From: an uncultured Bacteroidota bacterium
Lineage (GTDB): Bacteria; Bacteroidota; Bacteroidia; Bacteroidales; GCA-2748055
Length of the DNA stretch: 64,000 nt
Direction: 5' to 3'
Assembly: GCA_963783435.1 (NCBI GenBank)
Contig: CAWANQ010000004.1
Location: 948,428-1,012,427 of the forward strand
In this document: piece by piece, positions 27,935-36,294 of the stretch
Numbering within the stretch: the stretch's first letter is position 1
Layout of the letters: each line of letters opens with the position of its first letter
Made by a program: the position numbers and the translations under genes
Notes under the pieces: generated by a model
The model's input: the letters and a program-made list of their open reading frames with translations, nothing else
Told to the model about the DNA's origin: nothing
Databases searched by the model: none

Positions 27935-28024
27935 AAAGCAAACAGTTAAAAAGGGCCGTCAGAAGAAATATAAGCCGATTTCCAGATGATTTCATATTTG
28001 AACTGAGCCCAGGAATTCAATAAC

Positions 28025-28049
28025 TTGAGGAGCCAAATAGGCTCCTCAA
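28025..28049 (+). terminator. Perfect 10-bp stem-loop downstream of the giant gene (possible terminator)
   Basis: TTGAGGAGCC (28025-28034) pairs with GGCTCCTCAA (28040-28049) around a 5-nt loop, 90 nt after the stop. No U-tract follows. Confidence 0.35.
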
Positions 28050-28060
28050 ATTGGAGGGGG

Positions 28061-28110
28061 GTCAGGGTAGTGGATTATTTGAAACGTTTCACGTTTATCA
28101 TGATCCCGGT
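28061..28110. repeat. 50-nt direct repeat copy B
   Basis: The sequence is gtcagggtagtggattatttgaaacgtttcacgtttatcatgatcccggt. It is 46/50 identical to copy A and in the same orientation. Confidence 0.85.
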
Positions 28111-28339
28111 TTGGGAATTCATTTAAAGATCCTTCATGATGAGGAGAATCAGGGGGCATTGATAGGCTTTACTTTTGCAAACCCGGATTGCCCGGATTTA
28201 ATTTGTATTAAAGGGATCTTTCCCAAGGTCAGGGCGATTTTCTTTGAAGGTCGACCGAAACCATCAAACAATCTGAACTGAATCAACATAAAAAACTCCA
28301 TTTTCTTATCCAGCACATAATAGAAATACTGAAAGTAAA

Positions 28340-28645
28340 AAAGGGTACAGTGATGGCACCGTGGAAAAAACATACACCATTCTTATAATCGTGCTTAATT
28401 ATTACTTCAAGGTCAGAAAAGAGATGATAGATGAGGTAAGAGAAGAGTACCCTGAACTGCAGTACGGTCATTATTCAACCCATTCTGGCCGCGACACGTA
28501 CATTTCACTTTGTGTTCAGAACAAAGCAAGTATGAAGAACATCTTTGCCTGGGTTGGGCAATCAAGTTACCGTATTATGGACAGGTACATCAAACTAACC
28601 CCAGAATCACAGAAGGCTGAGATAAATAGTGTATTCACAGTACCA
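28340..28645 (+). pseudogene. Tyrosine recombinase (integrase) C-terminal remnant
   Basis: Translation ..YSTHSGRDTYISLCVQNKASMKNIFAWVGQSSYRIMDRYIKL matches the H-x-x-R..(catalytic Y) box II region of tyrosine recombinases. No N-terminal or core-binding part is present. The reading frame runs on antisense into the carbonic anhydrase gene. Confidence 0.65.
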
Positions 28646-28647
28646 GA

Positions 28648-29241
28648 TCAGTCCAGAAAGCGAACTTCCCCCGTAGCTACATCATACATGGCCCCCTTGA
28701 TGAGGATTTTTCCAGAATCTTCCATGTCCTTCAGGATGGCGCTCTCTTTTCGTATTCGTATGATTGAATGCTGTACATTATGTTCCGCCACCTTATCCAC
28801 TGCTACCCCTTTGCCTAAACTGTCTACCACGGGGGTAATCTTGGAGAGCAAGGCAGTGATATTGCCAAGTTCCACCCTCTGAGTAGCTGCGGTTACCGCA
28901 CCACAGGCGGTATGACCCAGCACCAGGATCAACTTGGAACCTGCTACATTACAGGCATACTCCAGGGAACCAAGGATATCCTCGTTCACGATATTCCCGG
29001 CAACCCGGGCGTTAAACAGGTCCCCTACTCCCTGGTCAAAAAGCTGTTCGGCCGTAGCTCTGGAATCGATGCATCCGAGGATGGCCGCAAAAGGAAACTG
29101 GCCCGTAGCGGTCTCTTTTAATTCACTGCTGAAGTCCCGCGTAAGCGTTTTACCGGTTAAAAATCTCTCATTCCCTGCTTTAATCTGTTCCAAAGCCTCA
29201 GCGGGGGTCATCCCGGTTTGAATATCTTTTGTTGTACTCAT
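28648..29241 (-). CDS. Beta-class carbonic anhydrase
   Basis: 197 aa. Zinc-ligand motifs GCIDSR and LGHTACGAV. Confidence 0.85.
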   Translation of the reverse strand: MSTTKDIQTGMTPAEALEQIKAGNERFLTGKTLTRDFSSELKETATGQFPFAAILGCIDSRATAEQLFDQGVGDLFNARVAGNIVNEDILGSLEYACNVAGSKLILVLGHTACGAVTAATQRVELGNITALLSKITPVVDSLGKGVAVDKVAEHNVQHSIIRIRKESAILKDMEDSGKILIKGAMYDVATGEVRFLD

Positions 29242-29300
29242 TGTTCTTTATAATTTTTAGGTAATACTCTTCTTTAATCCACCCAAACAGGTAGCTGCCA

Positions 29301-31154
29301 TTAAGCCTTCACTGCCTCTTGCTCTTTTTCCATGTTCTCTTTCAGACTGAGCACGCAATCAATGAAGCCATCGCTCAGTTGGTCTTTAGCGATGAGATTG
29401 GGGATCATATCCACCCGTTCCATCATGTAACGCGGTTGCTTTTGCAGCCCGGTTATAATCACCGTCTTCCCCTGGTTGGCCAGGTCGATGAGCATATCTT
29501 CCATGGCATACAATCCAGACTGGTCCATGTAAGGCACCTTACTCATCCGGATCACCACGGCCCTGGCAGTTTCCGGAATCTGTTTGGAGAGAAGCTCAAA
29601 ATTGCTTGTAGAACCAAAAAACAATGGGCCTTCCACATGTTTTACAAATACCTCCCCTTTCAACTCCTCAGGGAAGTCGACCTCATCGGGCCAGGGGGTC
29701 TCTTTCAGGGTCTTCACATCGGAGGAGTCAGCTGCCAGGTCACCGATCTTTTTCATGAACATAAGTGAAGCGATCACCAGACCAATACCCACAGCATATA
29801 CCAGGTTCCAGAGTGAAGATAGCACCAGCACCACCACCATGATAGCCACCTCGGCGCGAGGCATGTCCGGTATGGCGCGCAGTCCCTTGAAGTCCATCAC
29901 TGCGATCCCAACAGTGATCAGGATTCCCGCCAGCACCGCAGCCGGAATGCGGGAAGCCACCGGACCAAGCAGCAGCAAGGTGAGCAAGAGCAGAATTGCA
30001 GCCACCATCCCCGATAGGCGTGTTTTACCACCGGCATTGATGTTTACCACAGTACGTATGGTGGCACCTGCACCCGGGATTCCGCCGAACAGGGCAGCTA
30101 CACTGTTGCCGATTCCCTGTCCCACCAACTCCCGGTTGGGATTGTGTTTGGTGCGGGTCATGTTATCAGCCACCACCGATGTGAGCAGCGAATCTATGGC
30201 CCCCAGGATGGCCAGGGTGATGGCCGAAAAGATATAGGGCGCCAGATCGCCAAGGCTTAGGGAACTAAAGATTTCGAAGTTAGGCAAGGGAAATCCGCCC
30301 GGGATCTTCTCAATGGTGCGGTAGTCGATACCGCTCAGATCGGCGATTCCCGACATGAGGATAAGGGCCACAAGCGTACTGGGGACCACCTTGGTGATCC
30401 GTTTGAACCCGTAGATGATCAAAATGGTTCCTAGAGCCAACATCAGCTCTACCCAGCTAATGTTCTGAACCGCCCGGGGCATTAGCCGGAGTGCTCCGAT
30501 CACCCCCGAAGCCTCCTTACCGGCCAATGTCCTGGATTCCTGGAGGATCTCCTGCTCGCTTGTTTTTCCGGCGCGCTCAATGGTCTCTTCGAAGCTTTCC
30601 AGTACCAGCAGTCCCTCCCGGGCTTCATCTTCCAGAATATTGGTAAGGATGAGCTCTTCTGCTTCCGATTTAAACTGCTCCACATAAGCCATGTCTTCTT
30701 TGGGATAATATCCCACTGCGGGAAGCACCTGGGTTAGAATGATAATCACCCCGATGGCGGTCATAAAGCCGGATATCACCGGGTAGGGAATATACCGTAT
30801 GTACTTTCCAAGTCCAAACGCTCCCAAACCGATCTGAATGAGTCCAGCCAGCAGAAAGACAGTGAGTATGGCCGGAAGAGCCTTGGAGACATCTCCGTTA
30901 TTGGCTGCCACAATACCTGCGATCACCAGCATGGAGACTGCTGTCATAGGTGCTGTTGGACCGCTTATCTGCGTATTGGTCCCGCCAAACAGGGCTGCAA
31001 AAAATCCGATAAAGATCGCCCCATAAAGACCTGCCATAGGGCCCAGCCCGGAGCTCACACCAAAGGCAAGCGCCAGGGGAAGTGCAACAATACCTGCGGT
31101 CAGGCCACCAAAAATATCACCTCTCAGGTGTTTGAAATCAAAATACTTTTTCAT
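29301..31154 (-). CDS. SulP-family anion (sulfate/bicarbonate) transporter with C-terminal STAS domain
   Basis: 617 aa. Multi-TM core with GGTNTQISGPTAPM and GIPGAGATIRTVVNI motifs. The C-terminal STAS-like domain is VFVKHVEGPLFFGS..VVIRMSKVPYMDQSG. Confidence 0.9.
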   Translation of the reverse strand: MKKYFDFKHLRGDIFGGLTAGIVALPLALAFGVSSGLGPMAGLYGAIFIGFFAALFGGTNTQISGPTAPMTAVSMLVIAGIVAANNGDVSKALPAILTVFLLAGLIQIGLGAFGLGKYIRYIPYPVISGFMTAIGVIIILTQVLPAVGYYPKEDMAYVEQFKSEAEELILTNILEDEAREGLLVLESFEETIERAGKTSEQEILQESRTLAGKEASGVIGALRLMPRAVQNISWVELMLALGTILIIYGFKRITKVVPSTLVALILMSGIADLSGIDYRTIEKIPGGFPLPNFEIFSSLSLGDLAPYIFSAITLAILGAIDSLLTSVVADNMTRTKHNPNRELVGQGIGNSVAALFGGIPGAGATIRTVVNINAGGKTRLSGMVAAILLLLTLLLLGPVASRIPAAVLAGILITVGIAVMDFKGLRAIPDMPRAEVAIMVVVLVLSSLWNLVYAVGIGLVIASLMFMKKIGDLAADSSDVKTLKETPWPDEVDFPEELKGEVFVKHVEGPLFFGSTSNFELLSKQIPETARAVVIRMSKVPYMDQSGLYAMEDMLIDLANQGKTVIITGLQKQPRYMMERVDMIPNLIAKDQLSDGFIDCVLSLKENMEKEQEAVKA

Positions 31155-31336
31155 TGTAGGGGTACATTAACTTTATATTCTGTATCAACAACTATTACAC
31201 CTGAAACTTAAAATTGTTCTATGTTGAAATACATATTTACACCTGCAGGGAGGCATCCTTAATTCAAAGGCTACATGTATTCTGCCTCATAGAAGGGGAT
31301 GCTTATATTGAACCTTTCTTCCATATGGGATTAAGA

Positions 31337-31855
31337 TTATCCTGGAGTTTCCCACTTGATGAATTGTGGGACCGGATCTCCATGAATACCCGAAGGGATA
31401 TCAATACTGAATACGGCTTTCTGACTTGCGTTGATCATTTGTACAACATCTTCATACTTACCTTTTAATTCCCGGTCAAGACCCGTTCCGAAAATAGCAT
31501 CGATAATGGCATCAGCCCTATTTATTGTTTCTAATGCTAATGAAACATCGTGCAGATCAATTACATTAATTTGCAATTTATTGACGATATCAAAATTTTG
31601 TTTTGCCGCACCCTGGAATTTAGAGCGGTCACCCAAAATAAAAACGGTTACTTTACCACCATTGGAATAAATTTTTCTTGTTACCACCAATCCGTCGCCG
31701 CCATTATGGCCAACGCCACAAAAGGTCACAAAGTTTTTGTTTTTGATTCCAAACTCTTTTAAAATAGTGTAATAGGCGGCCAAACCGGCATTTTCCATAA
31801 GAATTTCCTGGGCAATACCATATTCTTCAATGGCCCTGCCCCGGGAGGATCCCAA
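31337..31855 (-). pseudogene. nnrE: NAD(P)H-hydrate epimerase (NnrE/YjeF-N) fragment, truncated at both ends
   Basis: Core motifs are present (LMENAGLA, FCGVGHNGGDGLV, DAIFGTGL, IDIPSG). The usual first ~12-15 residues are missing, with TAATAA immediately upstream of a TTG at 31855. The end diverges after IDIPSGIHGD. No NnrD half follows. Confidence 0.65.
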
Positions 31856-32988
31856 TTATTATATGAATACCAGCCATTGTATTGCCCAGCATTTCCCCAA
31901 TTCATGTGAAGAAGATCAGAAGTGGTTGCAGTACAATCCTCATGATAGTAAGTAAATATACGATAACCATCACATACCCAAGCATGGCCAGCACTTTCAT
32001 TGGTATTGCCACCCCTTAAAATAACAGGTCTATCATTTCCAATTTCAGTTTTAACAGTATTATAACTATAAGTACCATAACTCGCACTAGTATAGTTAAA
32101 TTGGTCTTTCAAAACATCAACAGCAATTGAAGTATAAGCAAAAGTTCCATTACAATCATAATCTGGGTAAGTACTATTCTCATTGCTAATAGCATCCCAC
32201 ACGTCCAGAATAAATTCAGCCGTTGTATCTGTACTAGAGCCAAATGGCATTGAAACCCAACTGTAACTGGTAGGATATTCATGTGTTCTCATAACCATTG
32301 CTATTGCAAGAGGCACACAACCTACACGAGCATTATCACTTGAACCGCCGCATGTAATAGTGGGTAATTCATCATTATAACCGCCTTGTTGCTGCCATGT
32401 TGGAGTCGTTATCGGCCCAACAGTATACATCTCCGTGTGTTCATAGCAATCATCTTCTGTTGGTTCAATCTTTAAAGAGAAAACCTCATTAATTAGTGAA
32501 TGCTGAACGCGAGCCCAGACTTTCTCTATATCAATGGATTGCCCTAGATTCGAAAACTGAATCTTCTCTATCTGAGCTGATGCATCTTCCATCCAGAAGC
32601 TTAAATTTGGGATGAATAAGGCCTCTTCTACTGCAAAGTTATTATTTGTCGAATATGCCAATATTGGCATCACTCTATTAGCAGCTGATAAAATAACAAA
32701 ACCTCCTTCCTCATAATTAATGATATAATATGATGTCCTTTCAGACTTGTTTAGTATTTCATCAATACTACTTACAATCTTAGTTGTAGGCTTTGTGCTC
32801 TTAAGACCTGAACTACCATCTGTTGGGAAATAAATGCCATTCGCAATGTCCTCGATAACTGATAACTCCACAAAGTGGTCATTTGAGAAATACCGCGATT
32901 CCAGCTCATCCTCCTGCGAGCAAGAATATGCAACAATAACAGCAAGAAATAACATTAAGAAATGTTTTGGAAGAAGTAAGTCTTTCAT
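31759..32988 (-). CDS. Peptidase C10 (streptopain-like cysteine protease) lipoprotein with I69-type propeptide
   Basis: 409 aa. Lipobox VIVAYSC. Propeptide pattern YEEGGFVILSAANRVMPILAYS. Catalytic Cys context VGCVPLAIAMVMRTHEYP and His context SAGHAWVCDGY. The 3' tail (..DPPGAGPLKNMV..) reads through into nnrE sequence. Confidence 0.8.
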   Translation of the reverse strand: MKDLLLPKHFLMLFLAVIVAYSCSQEDELESRYFSNDHFVELSVIEDIANGIYFPTDGSSGLKSTKPTTKIVSSIDEILNKSERTSYYIINYEEGGFVILSAANRVMPILAYSTNNNFAVEEALFIPNLSFWMEDASAQIEKIQFSNLGQSIDIEKVWARVQHSLINEVFSLKIEPTEDDCYEHTEMYTVGPITTPTWQQQGGYNDELPTITCGGSSDNARVGCVPLAIAMVMRTHEYPTSYSWVSMPFGSSTDTTAEFILDVWDAISNENSTYPDYDCNGTFAYTSIAVDVLKDQFNYTSASYGTYSYNTVKTEIGNDRPVILRGGNTNESAGHAWVCDGYRIFTYYHEDCTATTSDLLHMNWGNAGQYNGWYSYNNWDPPGAGPLKNMVLPRKFLWKMPVWPPITLF

Positions 32989-33518
32989 GGTTTTAGGTTT
33001 AGATTTTCAAGTTGGTACATTATTCATCTTATTGAGAGATATTTCTGTTAAATGAAATAGAAAAGCTTTAAACTAGTATGATCAATTTATCTTAGGATAA
33101 AATGCCATCAAAATCATTTTAAGTTCTATAATGTACTATCCGGAATGAACACAATTTGTTACCGGTTTTTCACATGCTCTACAGCATAAAAATCCAAATC
33201 AGAATTAAAATGCAGGAAAATATGAGATGAGCTATCTTTTCTTATCCGTTTCGATTACAATGCAGGCAATGGGAAAGCATGCATGACAGAAAGGCGAGGA
33301 GATAAAAATAGGACACCCTCCAAAAGAATAGAAGATGTCCTGTTATGTCGGCAGTTTTGAACGAAGTTCGAACCTTCTTTGAGGCAGATTCGGCTCCATC
33401 CTGATAAAAACCGGTAGATACTGCCCCATCCGCCATACGATCCCCGTCCCATCAACCCAAATGTTCCACATTTTTTATCCGGCATAACATGTAAAATCAA
33501 TCCCATCTGTTGAATTAT

Positions 33519-33806
33519 GCTCGCGCATTCCCCGCAGCAGAGCTGCGGGGTTAGCGAGCGCAAAATAGTAAACAATTAATCGAAGATTCCTCGAAGCTTG
33601 CTTCGAGGAGCTTCAATAGAAGATGCCTCGTCCGCCGCGGCGGACAAAGAGCTTAAATTTTTCCCTTTCACAACGATCTATTAATTCTATTGGGTGGGCA
33701 AAAGTTTCGTAGGAACGGTTTTGCTCTTTTCAAAAACTCGAGTGCCCAAAGGGCGCGTTTTTTGAAATGGGCAAACCGGACGGAGAAACTTAATCTTCAA
33801 TAGATC
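33519..33806. other. Array of perfect GC-rich hairpins in an ORF-free gap (candidate structured RNA or MITE/REP-like element)
   Basis: H1 33519-33559, H2 33582-33614, H3 33630-33645 (16-nt palindrome), H4 33696-33726, H5 33728-33767. There are also 8-bp long-range complements and a 10-nt direct repeat cttcaataga at 33611 and 33795. Confidence 0.6.
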
Positions 33807-34100
33807 ATACTCATTTTTGATTCTAAGCATAAAAGAAATATAAATTCCCTCTATCTCATCAGATTATCAACCAGATAACTGATCGATCAAAAAATAATTC
33901 AAAAAAACTTTGAAAATCCGGGTAACAAATCCTGATCCATATTAATCCGACAGTCTTAGCCACACGGTAACTACCAGAACTCTTACCTATGATCCTGGAC
34001 GCTGACTGTCCCACTCTTGTTCTTTTTCTCCCAGACAAATTCCCACACAAGATAACGGGACACCCAAAAACATCAAAATCTAAGGCCTATAAATAAGATT

Positions 34101-34124
34101 ATCAGCGGATTAAAAATTCGACTG
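34101..34124. repeat. Relic copy D of the short motif family
   Basis: The sequence atcagcGGATTAaaaatTCGACTG shares ATCAGC, GGATTA and TCGACTG blocks with copy C in the same order and orientation. Confidence 0.4.
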
Positions 34125-34145
34125 AATTGGAGTGACGTAAACAGG

Positions 34146-34167
34146 AAAAAGCCGGGGAGTGCCCGGC
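34146..34167 (-). terminator. Rho-independent terminator of the M43-like/T9SS/tail-fibre operon
   Basis: GCCGGG (34151-34156) pairs with CCCGGC (34162-34167) around a 5-nt loop. On the minus strand it is followed by TTTTT (A-run 34146-34150), ~65 nt after the stop at 34232. Confidence 0.6.
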
Positions 34168-34231
34168 TAAAAAAATATAGCTGAATATTGGATTGATAAT
34201 CTTATATTATCTACATACTTATAAGTAGAGG

Positions 34232-35359
34232 CTAATTGCAACTTTCAGTACACTGCACTAAAAGAAATGAACCCTGTTCTACCTCAAGTGTTCCATCAAT
34301 TACAAACTGTTCGCAGCTTGAATATAATGCTTCAGAATCATCAACAACAATATTTGAAGTGGAAGGAATGGTCACCGTTTCAGCTATAAAAGATTCATTA
34401 TCAGTGAAACTTGTTATGTTCTTCGAACTTGTAGAAAAATAGCAGGTAAGATATTCCTCAATTTCATTTTCAATTGTCCAATGCACCCTTCCTAATTGTT
34501 CGGGGGTGATAGCGGTTGCTCCACTATATTCCATTATGTTATTTGAATTTAGTGAATTATTCCATTGGGAGGATTGACAAGGATCAACACCATCTGTAGC
34601 AATAACATATTCTCTTGTTGGGGTGTCAGTGCAATGATCATCACAATTAGAGGAGGTTGAAAAACAGCAAGATCCATTTGGCGTCATTACTGTATGGTGT
34701 AAACTCAGGTTATGACCAGTTTCATGCATAATGCCCGCAGAGTTAGCCCAGTTCCCTGGGGTTTGCCCGAGATCAAGCAAGTCATCGTAAACATCCCATT
34801 TATTGGCAAATACTGAGTATCTATTGCCGCTCATATTCGCATACCCTTGTGATTGCAATGTCCCATCTGATTGGAAAAAGATATTGATTGCCTCTCCCAG
34901 ATTCTCTGAATAAGTTGACATAGGTTCATTGTCGAAATCATGGTATGTGTTGCTCTTATGAAAAAATACTCCGTTGAGTACAAATCTATATTTTCTCGCA
35001 AGAACACTTGTGGAATTACCTAGAGGATATAGCATTTGAATATTTGCTCCAAGTCTTTGATTGGTAATGCTTAACAGATCATCAATCCAATCATAGCCTG
35101 TGAAATCTGTATCTCCCCTTCCATCATCATCCTTTGTGAAATTGCTGGGGGCATCGTTATGTGAATCTTCAAGGAGCATAAAATGGAAATTTACTCTAAT
35201 ATATTGAATAGGCGTATTGCTATCTGGGATATAATCCAAATATCCTGTCAGTGTCCCTGCGGATTTTTTAGTTGGGAGAATCACCTCGCAAGAAAACTGA
35301 CTCAACGTAGATTGAATAGATGTAATCGAGATCAGAATTATGAATATTAGCTGTTTCAT
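34232..35359 (-). CDS. Secreted zinc metalloprotease, metzincin/M43-like
   Basis: 375 aa with a signal peptide. Extended zinc motif HETGHNLSLHH (HExxHxxxxxH). No T9SS CTD recognised. Confidence 0.65.
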   Translation of the reverse strand: MKQLIFIILISITSIQSTLSQFSCEVILPTKKSAGTLTGYLDYIPDSNTPIQYIRVNFHFMLLEDSHNDAPSNFTKDDDGRGDTDFTGYDWIDDLLSITNQRLGANIQMLYPLGNSTSVLARKYRFVLNGVFFHKSNTYHDFDNEPMSTYSENLGEAINIFFQSDGTLQSQGYANMSGNRYSVFANKWDVYDDLLDLGQTPGNWANSAGIMHETGHNLSLHHTVMTPNGSCCFSTSSNCDDHCTDTPTREYVIATDGVDPCQSSQWNNSLNSNNIMEYSGATAITPEQLGRVHWTIENEIEEYLTCYFSTSSKNITSFTDNESFIAETVTIPSTSNIVVDDSEALYSSCEQFVIDGTLEVEQGSFLLVQCTESCN

Positions 35360-35364
35360 TTCTT

Positions 35365-36294
35365 TTATTGTTTTATAATTGTTTTCGATACAGTTTCATC
35401 TTCTGTCTTAATAATTATATGATAAAATCCTTTTTGGAGTTTCACTAGATTTATTTGAGTGGAATGTACATGAGGCAAATACATCAACAATAATTTACCC
35501 GATACATTGAAAATGCTAATTGATTGTATTATAGATGATCGATGACTAATAGTTAGATTGTCCACGAACGGATTTGGGTATATAGATAAATTATAGTTCT
35601 CATATATCGGATCTATCCTGGTTGCACCATTTATAGCTGTATCACATGGTGCATTTGGGTAGGAAAGCGACCACCAATTGCTTTTAAATGAGATGTTATT
35701 GTCAGAATAGCATCTAAGTAGGTTATTTCCAAAACCATTCACATCAATACCACAAGCAGGCTCAAATAGAAAATCCTCAATTTGTCCAATAAATTCAATG
35801 ACACTTTTAGTGGTTGTATCAAGCTGTGAATTAATCATATAACTATATGATAGATGTTGTACACGTAAAATTGTATTATCGATTTCCAACTCTGTTATGG
35901 AATCAACCACAATAGGTGAAACAGAATCACAATTTCTTTGTAACACCTCTACATCCAAAGTATCACCAACTTTCAATGAAAAGTCATACATTAAGTCAAA
36001 AGTTGTCCCATTCCATGAATAAACTTGCTCATTCTCCTCGCGGACGAATAGAGTATCTACTTTTGAAACTGATCCATCGACGAAAGAGTGTCTTGTTCGA
36101 ACTATTAACTTTGCAGGCAGAGATTCAATCATAGTATCTTGCTCGACAGTATACTTGACATATCCATGTGCTGGATATTCTAACAACAGTTCGTTATTAA
36201 AGTGCCATTCAGCTCCAAGATTATACCAGACCTGACATTTAGAATTTATTGCACATCCAATTATTAATATCCAGACTATTAGTGTTTCCTTCAT
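35365..36294 (-). CDS. T9SS cargo protein of unknown function
   Basis: 309 aa with a signal peptide. C-terminal type A sorting domain LSIYPNPFVDNLTIS...KGFYHIIIK. Confidence 0.7.
   Translation of the reverse strand: MKETLIVWILIIGCAINSKCQVWYNLGAEWHFNNELLLEYPAHGYVKYTVEQDTMIESLPAKLIVRTRHSFVDGSVSKVDTLFVREENEQVYSWNGTTFDLMYDFSLKVGDTLDVEVLQRNCDSVSPIVVDSITELEIDNTILRVQHLSYSYMINSQLDTTTKSVIEFIGQIEDFLFEPACGIDVNGFGNNLLRCYSDNNISFKSNWWSLSYPNAPCDTAINGATRIDPIYENYNLSIYPNPFVDNLTISHRSSIIQSISIFNVSGKLLLMYLPHVHSTQINLVKLQKGFYHIIIKTEDETVSKTIIKQ

Noticed and set aside
29584-30237. 217-aa plus-strand ORF inside the SulP gene
   Set aside because: It is a Ser/Thr/Ala/Pro-rich antisense translation of a membrane-protein gene and is not credible coding sequence.
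31321-31341. Possible fifth copy of the GGATTA motif (gggattaagatta) at the 3' end of the nnrE stump
   Set aside because: Only ~8-10 nt are shared, which could easily be chance. I note it because it coincides with a junction, but I do not count it.
33255-33575. 106-aa minus-strand ORF in the ORF-free gap
   Set aside because: It runs through the GC-rich hairpins, so its Cys/Gly-rich stretches are the hairpin arms. It has no motif and an implausible composition.
33519-33645. Hairpins as integron attC sites (a CALIN-type cassette array)
   Set aside because: I found no GTTRRRY core sites flanking the stems, no cassette-sized spacing with ORFs between them, and no intI-type integrase nearby.
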